Positions 1 to 8,502 of a DNA stretch of 64,000 nt are shown piece by piece. Source of the DNA: a virus; the IMG/VR virus record IMGVR_UViG_3300017593_000402, positions 64,001 to 128,000 of that record; one strand, given 5' to 3'. A program made the translations under genes and the position numbers. The notes beneath the pieces are model-generated. The model was not told where the DNA came from and did not search any database. It saw only the letters and a list, made by a program, of their open reading frames with translations. Numbering within the stretch: the first letter of the stretch is position 1; each line of letters begins with the position of its first letter.

Positions 1-9
1 TACAACGCC

Positions 10-900
10 TTGATTGACTTTATGACAAGTACGTTAGGGTGGGAAGTCAAGAAAACTGGAACTACTGGAGGTAGTTACGGAAGAGATTATACTATCCTTT
101 ATTCTAGCGGCGAATCAGAGCAAGAAGATATTTACGTTGGATTTAGTTGGTATTATCGTACTAATATTCGTTGCGGCATTCAAGTAAACGCTTATACAGG
201 GTTCGACAGTGCTTACGGCTTTAGTAGTTTAGGTTCTCTAAATACGGAGAAGTCCCACGGTGTTTATAGGTGGTTGCCCACCGTACTACTTCAGGACACA
301 AATTACGATCACGTGTGGTTTTGTGGAGATAAAGATAGTTGTTTCGGTGTAGTTAGGTGTGTTACTATTTACCCCCACTTTTGTGTTGGCCTCTTACGAC
401 GTTATTGGTCACGGTATTTTGATCCTTACCCTCTTTATGCGTTTGGAACTTTCAGTGGCGGATACAATTACCCTTATGACTATGACTGGAACGACTCTTC
501 GCGGTTCAGAGGAATCAGTTCTTACCGACATGGGGATTACTGTAGAGATTACTTGTGGTACAATCAGGATACTTGGCATTCGGATTTTGGTTACTACCCC
601 GTGGATCCTGGTACAGGAGATACTATGCGACATGAACATCCTGAAAGAAAAAAGAAAATCTTTACCGCTAATATGTTTATCCACGCAATGGAACTGCCTA
701 ACAACGAGAAAGCTATTGCCCCTTTTATGATCGCCGATGAGACAGGTATACGCGGCGAAATTAAGTGGGTTTATAAGTTATCTCGAGCTGTTGGGCTGGA
801 TCCGGAGGACGAAGTTACAATTAACTCGGCTTCGTACAAAGTATTCCCTGGTACAGTAGATCTGAATCTCTCAAGATGGTTTGCAATTAGACTCGCTTAG
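10..900 (+). CDS. putative virion structural/tail-associated protein (probably 5'-truncated by window edge)
   Basis: Frame is open from position 1; Tyr/Gly/Trp-rich; C-terminus (GIRGEIKWVY...EDEVTINSASYKVFP...FAIRLA) resembles siphophage tail-tip accessory proteins; heads the tail cluster. Confidence 0.55.
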   Translation: MIDFMTSTLGWEVKKTGTTGGSYGRDYTILYSSGESEQEDIYVGFSWYYRTNIRCGIQVNAYTGFDSAYGFSSLGSLNTEKSHGVYRWLPTVLLQDTNYDHVWFCGDKDSCFGVVRCVTIYPHFCVGLLRRYWSRYFDPYPLYAFGTFSGGYNYPYDYDWNDSSRFRGISSYRHGDYCRDYLWYNQDTWHSDFGYYPVDPGTGDTMRHEHPERKKKIFTANMFIHAMELPNNEKAIAPFMIADETGIRGEIKWVYKLSRAVGLDPEDEVTINSASYKVFPGTVDLNLSRWFAIRLA

Positions 901-907
901 GAGTTAA

Positions 908-1861
908 TTGAGCATGGGTGTGATTAAACTCTATAAGTCAAAAATTGTTAACGATTCGGAGTTCAACGGAGGTTATGAAGATTGCTCGTCCGAGATTTTC
1001 TCAGGACAATATGAGAACCTTTTTCCAGATGTCTCGCCCTCCGAACGTGCTTCTGGGTACGTTCGTTATCGAAAGTTCTTCGTTCACGCAACTGCTCAAA
1101 CTATCTCTAGTTCGTACGTAGGAATCTTTGACAGGAGCCCTGCAGGAGATTATTTTAGACTTCACGCAGCAACTGTTGCTCAGACTCAAGGAAGTTTACT
1201 CGCACTTCCTTCGCACAAGTGGTATGGTACTGGTAGGATTACCCAACCCGTTGCCTCTGGGGCTACAGTTGTAGTTGCGTCTTTTGATGGTGATGTCCCT
1301 GATATTGAAGTGAACGATACCGTTCTTTTGGCTAGTGCGACTGATAATGAACTGCATACTGTGGCCGCTGTTACCAGTTCCGGACTGAGTGTAACCGTTA
1401 CTTTGAGTAATGGTACTAACCACTCGTACGATACGGGTTCTCGTTTGTGCCACTTACTTCCGTTGGGTAGTATTGCCCCTAGTTACTCTGATTGGTTGGA
1501 GTCTAGCTCTTCAGGGACTTATGATGAAGTGAATTACCCTCCTAGTGTGTATAATGTGGGGACGGTTGAAGATGTTTGGACTTTGACGTTTTATAGTTCC
1601 TCTGCGTTTACGTGTGTAGGTTTAACTACGGGAACTGTTGGAACAGGAGATATTAACAACGATTTTTCGCCCAGTAATCCTGTGGGGGGCACCTATTTCA
1701 CACTCTACGCCTCCGGTTGGGGAGGTTCATGGCAGTCTGGAGATTCTGTCTCGTTTAAAACTCACCCGTCTTCGAAGCCTGCTTGGGCTAAAGAAGTTAT
1801 CCCTGCGGGCGCTGCGCCTTGTTTCTCGAATGAGGTGCCCTTTATTGTGATCTATGCTTAA
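908..1861 (+). CDS. phage tail-associated structural protein
   Basis: N-terminal IKLYKS..D...NGG...NLFPDVS..ER..G....RKFF motif typical of phage tail proteins; Ser/Thr/Gly-rich beta composition. Confidence 0.6.
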   Translation: MSMGVIKLYKSKIVNDSEFNGGYEDCSSEIFSGQYENLFPDVSPSERASGYVRYRKFFVHATAQTISSSYVGIFDRSPAGDYFRLHAATVAQTQGSLLALPSHKWYGTGRITQPVASGATVVVASFDGDVPDIEVNDTVLLASATDNELHTVAAVTSSGLSVTVTLSNGTNHSYDTGSRLCHLLPLGSIAPSYSDWLESSSSGTYDEVNYPPSVYNVGTVEDVWTLTFYSSSAFTCVGLTTGTVGTGDINNDFSPSNPVGGTYFTLYASGWGGSWQSGDSVSFKTHPSSKPAWAKEVIPAGAAPCFSNEVPFIVIYA

Positions 1862-1871
1862 GGGGACCCAG

Positions 1872-1937
1872 ATGACTCTTAAGACGACTACTCCAATTCT
1901 CGAGTCTTACACTCCTAGTGGGCTACTGCGATTATAA
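1872..1937 (+). CDS. tiny ORF (21 aa, MTLKTTTPILESYTPSGLLRL), possibly a gene remnant
   Basis: ATG at 1872 after AGGGG; fills the gap between tail genes; below ORF-track cut-off. Confidence 0.25.
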   Translation: MTLKTTTPILESYTPSGLLRL

Positions 1938-1955
1938 CTTAAGGAGAGGAAGTAA

Positions 1956-4900
1956 ATGGGCTGGCTCCCAGAATATTCACACAGAATCAGGTTCAAGATT
2001 GATCATGCAAAGATTGACTCTGATCTTACTCACTTCCCTATTACCCTCTTCTTGACTGAAGATAATGCTGATGCAGTCTTTAATGAACTGGGTTCTAACT
2101 ATAAGAAGATTGCAGTTACTTCTGATGATGGTACTACTCAACTTTATGTAGAAGTTGAAGTATGGGACTCAGCGAATAAACAGGCAGTTCTCCATATTTC
2201 TAGGTCGTCTTGGACTATTTCGTCATCTTCAGATACTTATTTTTATCTTTACTACGACGCGTCTGTTGCAGACAACACAACTTACGTTGGAGATCCTGGA
2301 GATTCTGTTGCTGCAAATGTTTGGGATGACAACTTTAAAGCGGTTTACCATTTATCTCAAAATCCCACAGGAGGCAATGGATGTATTAAAGATAGCACCA
2401 GCAACAATAATGACGGTACTCCTCATGGAAGTATGACTTCAGATGATTTAGTTGATGGGGGGGTAGGAAAGGCTCTGGACTTCGACGGAAGTGACGACTA
2501 TGTGGATTGTGGGAGCGACGGCAGCTTGGATATTACTGGTCCTCTTACAATAGAGTCAGTTGTGAAGTTATCTTCTACAGGCGGGAGTCAAGCTTTTTTT
2601 GAAGGGCGTCTGCAATATACATTGTGGGTGAATTCAAGTGGTAGAGTACGCCTTGCAGACACGCAAGGTAACTACTGTGATTCAGATTCTGGTGATTTTG
2701 CCTGGGATGTTTATCAGTACGTAGCTGGCAAGTTTTCGGGTTCTTCTGGAGACTCTATTACCACGTCCAATGCTGCTGTTTTTATAAACGACGCTAATGT
2801 AACAGCAGCTACGGGAGGTACGTGGTTGCCACAGTCTCTTTCTACTGCTGTAATTGCGTGTTCTCCTCAAGCTACGCCCATCTCTTTTGCAGATGGTTTG
2901 ATAGACGAAGTAAGAATTTCCAACGTGGCTCGTTCCGATGCTTGGATCAAGGCGACTTATTATTCTTTATTTAATAGTTTGATAACTGTTTGTGAGCATG
3001 TAACGGCGTGGAGTTATAGAAAGAAAATTACTATTTCTGGTTCTCCAGGAGCCGGAACAGGTTATCAAGTCCTTTTAAAAGTAGGAGAAAGTTCTGGAGC
3101 TAGTAACTGTGATTTCCATGTTGAAGGGCATTCTGCCAAGTTCCCTTCAGGAACCAATGATTCAGGAGACCTTCGTTTTGTAGATAACGATGGTTCTACT
3201 TTTTTAAACTTCTGGGTTGAGAAGGTAGAAGGTGAGGCACCCAATAGAGTAGCTTATTGTTGGGTTAAGATAAACGACAACTTAGATTCGGATGTGAATA
3301 TTTACTGTTATTATGGCAACCCTGGGACAGGTAATGTAAGCAACGGGAAAAATACGTTTGAGTTCTTTGACGATTTTAGCATTGACTCACTTTCAAACTA
3401 TGATCTGATTTCGGTGTTTCACTTCGGCGACGGTACTGATGATAAAACAGCAGGAACTTATGATGTAGTTAATCAGAGAGTAAACATTAACACTGGTGAT
3501 AACCTTGAAACGGTTTATTCCCCGAAAAATTTTACCATCAGAAATTTTCATGCCCAGGCTAAGTTTCTTGTTTCAGGAGGCTACCCGTATGGTGCTACGG
3601 GTACTGTAGTAGGACGGTATCAAGATGACAACAATATGTACACAGGCCAAAAGGCAGCACAACAGTATAGTGAGACTGGGGGGACAGGTTCTTATTGTAG
3701 TTATACATCACCAATAATACGTAAGTGGGTTGCTAGTACCGAGAGTGACATTGCTACACCCCCGTCAAATAATTACATTCCAATGAATACTGAAACTATA
3801 CTAGCTCTAGCAATATATGAAAACAATATAAAATTCTTTGTTGACGGTTCAGAGGTTTTATCGACTACAGACTCTGATTTATCTGATGCAGGCAGGGTGG
3901 CATTTGGAGCGGGTCAGTGGGAGGGCTGGCTGGATGAGATCAGAGTCCGTAAATATGTGTCTCCCGAACCTTCTTTCTCTACTGCAGGAGACGAAGAGCA
4001 ACTTGTCGGCCCTACCTGGTATCAGGCTATTTCTTGTATTCGAAATCGCCTTTACGAGATTGCCTACAATTCTAAACATTACCTTACTTCTACCTTTTAT
4101 ATGTTCTTTAGAATTTGGGGAGGTGATATTACTAAAGTCAAGAACAAAGTATTTGCTGATGCGTTAACTTTAATAGCCAACCAAGTTCGATCCTATCAGC
4201 TCGTGGTCCCTCATTTGATTCAACATTGGGACGGCCCTGAAGGTGATTACCGGCTCGTTCCTCCTTCTACTCGCGAACGTCCATGGTGGTGGTGGCCTTA
4301 TTCTTGCGGTGAACCCGTATCTAAAGGGCAGGAGGGTATTAACTATTCACGTATTTCGAAGGATCGTCGTTACGACACGTTTTTCTCCCCCCAACGGTAT
4401 TATTGGGGTGTAATAGTAGGGACACCGTACTCACGAACTCCCTCATCTTACGCAGGTAAAACAATTGAGGACAAACCAAAGAATTTCTTCTGGAACAGAG
4501 TTTACGTTGTCCCTACAAAAATTGATTTCGGATTTACTAAGGTAGGTTCGTCTCGGTTAATTCACATTTTACATCGTTATGAAGACACCTCTCACGATTT
4601 ACAATCTGTTTCTTCTTCGGATCCTACGTTTTCGGTAACTCTTCCTGAGCCTTTGCCTCACACTATGGCTCCCGGGGCTGAGATGGACGGTCTTGTGAAT
4701 GTGGCACAGGTGGGGGCAGTGAGAGTAGTAGACGCGCCCATCTACTTCCATTTTGATACAGTAGGAGACGCCATTTGTTATGTTTCTGCTACGTTCGCTA
4801 TAGTCCTCTTGAAACCGAGAAAGTATGATCAATGGAATACACCTCATACTTTTCAGAAGATAAAGTTCAAGTTCGAAACAGAATTGGTTCACAACTTAGC

Positions 4901-5948
4901 AAGCAAGCCCACCCGTATTCCTAAACTTTATTACCCTACCCGCTCGTCTTCGTTGCACTTGGGAGCTGTTGATGAGGTTGCATATGATCTTGATTATGAT
5001 GCTATCAATGCGGCTCGTTATTTAGTAGTAGTGCCTGAGTTTCCTCTTAGAGTACGATTAGTGAGCAACGCGCACCAACATGATACCCAGATAGTGGTAG
5101 AAGATGTCACAGACTTTGAGGTAGGGTATTCTGCTGTTTTGTGTAGCTCGCGTCATTTAGAAGCGGGCCAGATCACCGAAATTGACGCAGCCTCGAAAAC
5201 ACTTAAGTTTGCTGGCCAGCTTCAGTATGATTATGATGTGAACGATACCTGGGTGTACCCCAGTTTTACGGGGTACGGCCACGTGCGACGGACTCGTTCT
5301 TTAGTGAAACATAATGTTTACAACCTTGAGATTGACGTAGATGAAATAATCCCTGAGGGCTGTAACGCATTGACAGGTACTACTTCGCAGTGGTACAAAC
5401 GGCCAAGAACGGTGCTTGTTGAAGGGTCTGTAGTTGATAGTAGGGATGTTAAGGGTCTTGAAGTTGGCGTCCCGTCCATTAAAAATCCTTTGAGCTCTCG
5501 TCTGCGTGATAAAATTGTTGTAACGCATAGTTACCAGTTCTTTGGAACTGCTTGGAGGGATTTCAAAGACTTGTTTTTATACGCAAAAGGGCGCTATCAG
5601 AAAGTCAATATAATCACTTGGTTGAGTGAATTACGCGTTTACGAAGACGCTTATCAAGGTTCTGCTTCGCTAAAGATCATACCTCGGACTTACTCTGAGA
5701 TTTGGAGTGCTTACAAGAAGGTGGTGATTGATTATGGATCTACTATAGTTCACACGACCGTTACGGGCGTAGTTACTGCTGAGGATCATTGTGTAGTTAC
5801 CCTTCAAGATAATTTGTCGTTAGACACACCGAAGGGTACCCCACTCCACTTTAAGATTGACGCTTACTTAACAGAGGATACCATCGAGTTTGATTTCAAG
5901 GGCGATGGCTGTTTCGTAACTGTTACTTGGGAGGAAGCGTATGACTAA
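1956..5948 (+). CDS. DUF2341/LamG-like domain protein fused to a C-terminal tail-tip structural domain
   Basis: Two DUF2341-like modules (W.YRKKITI...DLRFVD.DG..L.FWVE...WVKI...IYCYYGNP), a LamG-like domain (GKALDFDGSDDYV...DGLIDEVRISNVARS), and a C-terminal FFWNRVYVVPTKIDFG region resembling siphophage tail-tip proteins; RBS AAGGAGAGG. Confidence 0.7.
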   Translation: MGWLPEYSHRIRFKIDHAKIDSDLTHFPITLFLTEDNADAVFNELGSNYKKIAVTSDDGTTQLYVEVEVWDSANKQAVLHISRSSWTISSSSDTYFYLYYDASVADNTTYVGDPGDSVAANVWDDNFKAVYHLSQNPTGGNGCIKDSTSNNNDGTPHGSMTSDDLVDGGVGKALDFDGSDDYVDCGSDGSLDITGPLTIESVVKLSSTGGSQAFFEGRLQYTLWVNSSGRVRLADTQGNYCDSDSGDFAWDVYQYVAGKFSGSSGDSITTSNAAVFINDANVTAATGGTWLPQSLSTAVIACSPQATPISFADGLIDEVRISNVARSDAWIKATYYSLFNSLITVCEHVTAWSYRKKITISGSPGAGTGYQVLLKVGESSGASNCDFHVEGHSAKFPSGTNDSGDLRFVDNDGSTFLNFWVEKVEGEAPNRVAYCWVKINDNLDSDVNIYCYYGNPGTGNVSNGKNTFEFFDDFSIDSLSNYDLISVFHFGDGTDDKTAGTYDVVNQRVNINTGDNLETVYSPKNFTIRNFHAQAKFLVSGGYPYGATGTVVGRYQDDNNMYTGQKAAQQYSETGGTGSYCSYTSPIIRKWVASTESDIATPPSNNYIPMNTETILALAIYENNIKFFVDGSEVLSTTDSDLSDAGRVAFGAGQWEGWLDEIRVRKYVSPEPSFSTAGDEEQLVGPTWYQAISCIRNRLYEIAYNSKHYLTSTFYMFFRIWGGDITKVKNKVFADALTLIANQVRSYQLVVPHLIQHWDGPEGDYRLVPPSTRERPWWWWPYSCGEPVSKGQEGINYSRISKDRRYDTFFSPQRYYWGVIVGTPYSRTPSSYAGKTIEDKPKNFFWNRVYVVPTKIDFGFTKVGSSRLIHILHRYEDTSHDLQSVSSSDPTFSVTLPEPLPHTMAPGAEMDGLVNVAQVGAVRVVDAPIYFHFDTVGDAICYVSATFAIVLLKPRKYDQWNTPHTFQKIKFKFETELVHNLASKPTRIPKLYYPTRSSSLHLGAVDEVAYDLDYDAINAARYLVVVPEFPLRVRLVSNAHQHDTQIVVEDVTDFEVGYSAVLCSSRHLEAGQITEIDAASKTLKFAGQLQYDYDVNDTWVYPSFTGYGHVRRTRSLVKHNVYNLEIDVDEIIPEGCNALTGTTSQWYKRPRTVLVEGSVVDSRDVKGLEVGVPSIKNPLSSRLRDKIVVTHSYQFFGTAWRDFKDLFLYAKGRYQKVNIITWLSELRVYEDAYQGSASLKIIPRTYSEIWSAYKKVVIDYGSTIVHTTVTGVVTAEDHCVVTLQDNLSLDTPKGTPLHFKIDAYLTEDTIEFDFKGDGCFVTVTWEEAYD

Positions 5949-6810
5949 AATAGCACTTGAGCTCACTGGGGGGTTAGGGAAGAATATTGCTTTTACTGCA
6001 GTGCTCCCTTACCTCGACTCTAAACCAACCATTTTATGTTCGTTCCCTGTTGCCTTTGAGAATAGTCCTTATGTGGAGGAGTGTGTGCCGTGGCCTTCTT
6101 CCAACTTTAGGGTGCTGAGTGAGTTTGATATAAGGAAAGTTGAACCCTACTACGTTGCGGATTACCGTCAAGGGAAGATTACTCTGATTGAGGCAATATT
6201 TAGATCCTGTGATGTTAAGCTTGTGCAGGGCGCTGCCCCGAAGCTTTACTTAACTGATAAAGAGAAGAAGGATGCACGGGCCTATCTCGATCGGAAAGGG
6301 CGCCCTGTTATTTTATTCCAACCTTTTGGAGCTTCTACCGACGTATCCAGCCCCCTCTCTTCAGGTCAACGCTCTTTGAGTAAAGATCAAGCGCTGAAGT
6401 TAGCCCGGTTCTTGAGCGATTTTGGTACTGTACTCGTACTGCGCGGTTTGTCCCAACCCTCGCTACCTGGATTTGAGCATCCTGATTTGAACTTAAGGTT
6501 TTCCATCTCTCTTGTGTCAGAAGCGGACGCTCTAGTGGGTGTGGATAGTTGGCTTTGCCACGCCGGGGCTGCACTGGGGAAGAGAGGTTTCTTTATCTTT
6601 ACGTCTACGGACCCGAGACAGTTGTCCTATCCTCTGCACATTTCAGTTCAGTCACCTAACCGCTGCGATTTGTACCCATGCCGCCGTCCTTGGCCAGGAG
6701 TTCCTGACAATTTTGTGTGTCCCTTTGGTTTGAAGTGCCAAGATTTTAATCCTGAAGTATTTTTTGAAGAGATAGAGTCCTATTTGAAGGAGGCCCTCGT
6801 TGAAGTTTGA
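5941..6810 (+). CDS. glycosyltransferase family 9-like protein (ADP-heptose transferase fold)
   Basis: N-terminal GGLGKNI, PKLYLT, and ADALVGVDSWLCHAGAALGK match GT9 motifs (GGLGD...; VG.DSG..HLAAALG). Confidence 0.75.
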   Translation: MTKIALELTGGLGKNIAFTAVLPYLDSKPTILCSFPVAFENSPYVEECVPWPSSNFRVLSEFDIRKVEPYYVADYRQGKITLIEAIFRSCDVKLVQGAAPKLYLTDKEKKDARAYLDRKGRPVILFQPFGASTDVSSPLSSGQRSLSKDQALKLARFLSDFGTVLVLRGLSQPSLPGFEHPDLNLRFSISLVSEADALVGVDSWLCHAGAALGKRGFFIFTSTDPRQLSYPLHISVQSPNRCDLYPCRRPWPGVPDNFVCPFGLKCQDFNPEVFFEEIESYLKEALVEV

Positions 6811-7600
6811 CGGCGTAATTCTCGTTTATGGCATGCATACAGACTATTTAATTGCGACTAACTTCCCGTTTACGACCAATGACTCTATTACCTGGGAACC
6901 TCTTATCACGTCTGATATTTCATACGAGCTTTCTGGCGTAGATCGGAAAGAAGCGTTTACTATTAAAATTTTACGGGATAAAGTACCCGATCTCTCAAGT
7001 TACCTTGTAAATCGAGTTGGTTCTGTGACAGTTCGCGCTGTTGAGATTGATGTGGATACGGCAACTTGGTCAGAGTTTTATCAAGGTAATGTCACTAAGT
7101 TTAAAATCGACCTCCACTTTGTCGAACTCGAAGTTGAGAGTATGGTGTCGTTAGGTCTTAGGTCAGCGAATCGTGTCCGCCTTTCTCTAGGATGTATTCG
7201 AACTTTAGACGAATGTGGAGTCGCATGGGATTCTTATTCTGCTTCTGGAATAGTAGCTGGTATTAGTGGGAGAACTATCTCGATTAACTATACTACTCGG
7301 GGTTCAAACTTCCCAGACCCCGTTCCAAATAATTTTCTGAAATATGGGAAGTTAGTTGCGCCAACGGAAGTTAGGAGTATAGTTTTTAATGATGCGGGTT
7401 CTGTGGTGGTGAGGTTTGCTACTCGTGATCTGTCTGTAGGAGATGTTGTTACTGTTTACGCCGGGTGTGATAAATCGATTGCAACTTGTAGAGACAAGTT
7501 TAACAATTTGGATAACTACTTAGGTTTTCCTCATACTCCTACAGAGAGTGCGACTTTAAGAGGAAGACAGGGAAAGACTGCGTCTGGTGGAAAGAAGTAA
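6800..7600 (+). CDS. phage BR0599/DUF2163-family tail-tip hub protein
   Basis: C-terminal AGCDKSIATCRDKFNNLDNYLGFPHTP is the BR0599 signature; upstream C...L..C cysteines. Confidence 0.85.
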   Translation: MKFDGVILVYGMHTDYLIATNFPFTTNDSITWEPLITSDISYELSGVDRKEAFTIKILRDKVPDLSSYLVNRVGSVTVRAVEIDVDTATWSEFYQGNVTKFKIDLHFVELEVESMVSLGLRSANRVRLSLGCIRTLDECGVAWDSYSASGIVAGISGRTISINYTTRGSNFPDPVPNNFLKYGKLVAPTEVRSIVFNDAGSVVVRFATRDLSVGDVVTVYAGCDKSIATCRDKFNNLDNYLGFPHTPTESATLRGRQGKTASGGKK

Positions 7601-8048
7601 GTGCTACAATTGCGTACTCTTTGAGAAGGCTAATGAATGGATTGGTACCCCATTTAAACTCAGGGATTGTGTTAAAGGTAGGGGGGCTGATTGTGTGAGT
7701 GCGCCTCTTTCGATCTTGGTAGATGTAGGTCTACTTCCTAAGGAAACGTTTCTAGATATTTACAGCGCGCGAATGCTCAAACTATTTCGTCAAAACCATC
7801 AAGAGTTCTTACGGCAACTGGCGCATACTTTTGGTGACAATTACATGGTGGTAACTGGAGATAAAAGTGTGAAGTGCGGAGATATTGTGGTGCGAGACAT
7901 TGGGCGCTATAGAGAGATGTTCGCCGCAGTCTATGTGTCCGATAAGTTTCTCGTTGCTAGACCTGTAACCGGAGTTCAGTGGGTTGCTAACTTTGAATTT
8001 GACTACAAAATTTCTAAAGTCAATTTTAGGTGTCCTTGTGAAGTGTGA
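7587..8048 (+). CDS. NlpC/P60-like tail-tip peptidase, copy 1
   Basis: A.EWIGTPF....KGRGADC motif; lies between hub and large tail protein as in GTA-like tail tips. Confidence 0.7.
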   Translation: MERSKCYNCVLFEKANEWIGTPFKLRDCVKGRGADCVSAPLSILVDVGLLPKETFLDIYSARMLKLFRQNHQEFLRQLAHTFGDNYMVVTGDKSVKCGDIVVRDIGRYREMFAAVYVSDKFLVARPVTGVQWVANFEFDYKISKVNFRCPCEV

Positions 8049-8502
8049 GAATTGTTATTATTATCAGTTAGCACAGAAGTGGGTTAATACCCCTTTCAAG
8101 CTCGGGGGTACTTCTCTTAAGGGAATTGACTGCTTTGGAGTCTCATTACGTATAGCACAAGAGAGTGGTTTGATTTCGGAGGATCAGTTCAAAGTAATTC
8201 ATACTACAACGGTACTTAGGATTCTAAGGAAAGAGGGTGTACATAAATTCAAAACGTTTATTCAGGAAGGGAGTGGTGGACGACTTGTTGAAACAACTAA
8301 CCCAGCAGACTTGAAGTGTGGGGACTGGGTGTTAAGAATTATAGGAAGAAATTTTGACGTTGAGAGTGCTCTGTTTGTAGGAGGTCAGTTTATTACATCT
8401 TTCCCGAAAGAGTGTGTTACTATCACACCTGTGTTTAAGTTTGACTTTGCAATCTCGTGGGGAGGATTTTCGTTTAGGAAATGGCGGTCTTTGCAACTCT
8501 AG
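8038..8502 (+). CDS. NlpC/P60-like tail-tip peptidase, copy 2
   Basis: AQKWVNTPFKLGG...KGIDC motif; GTG start at 8038 chosen by alignment with copy 1 (KCxNC). Confidence 0.65.
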   Translation: MKCENCYYYQLAQKWVNTPFKLGGTSLKGIDCFGVSLRIAQESGLISEDQFKVIHTTTVLRILRKEGVHKFKTFIQEGSGGRLVETTNPADLKCGDWVLRIIGRNFDVESALFVGGQFITSFPKECVTITPVFKFDFAISWGGFSFRKWRSLQL

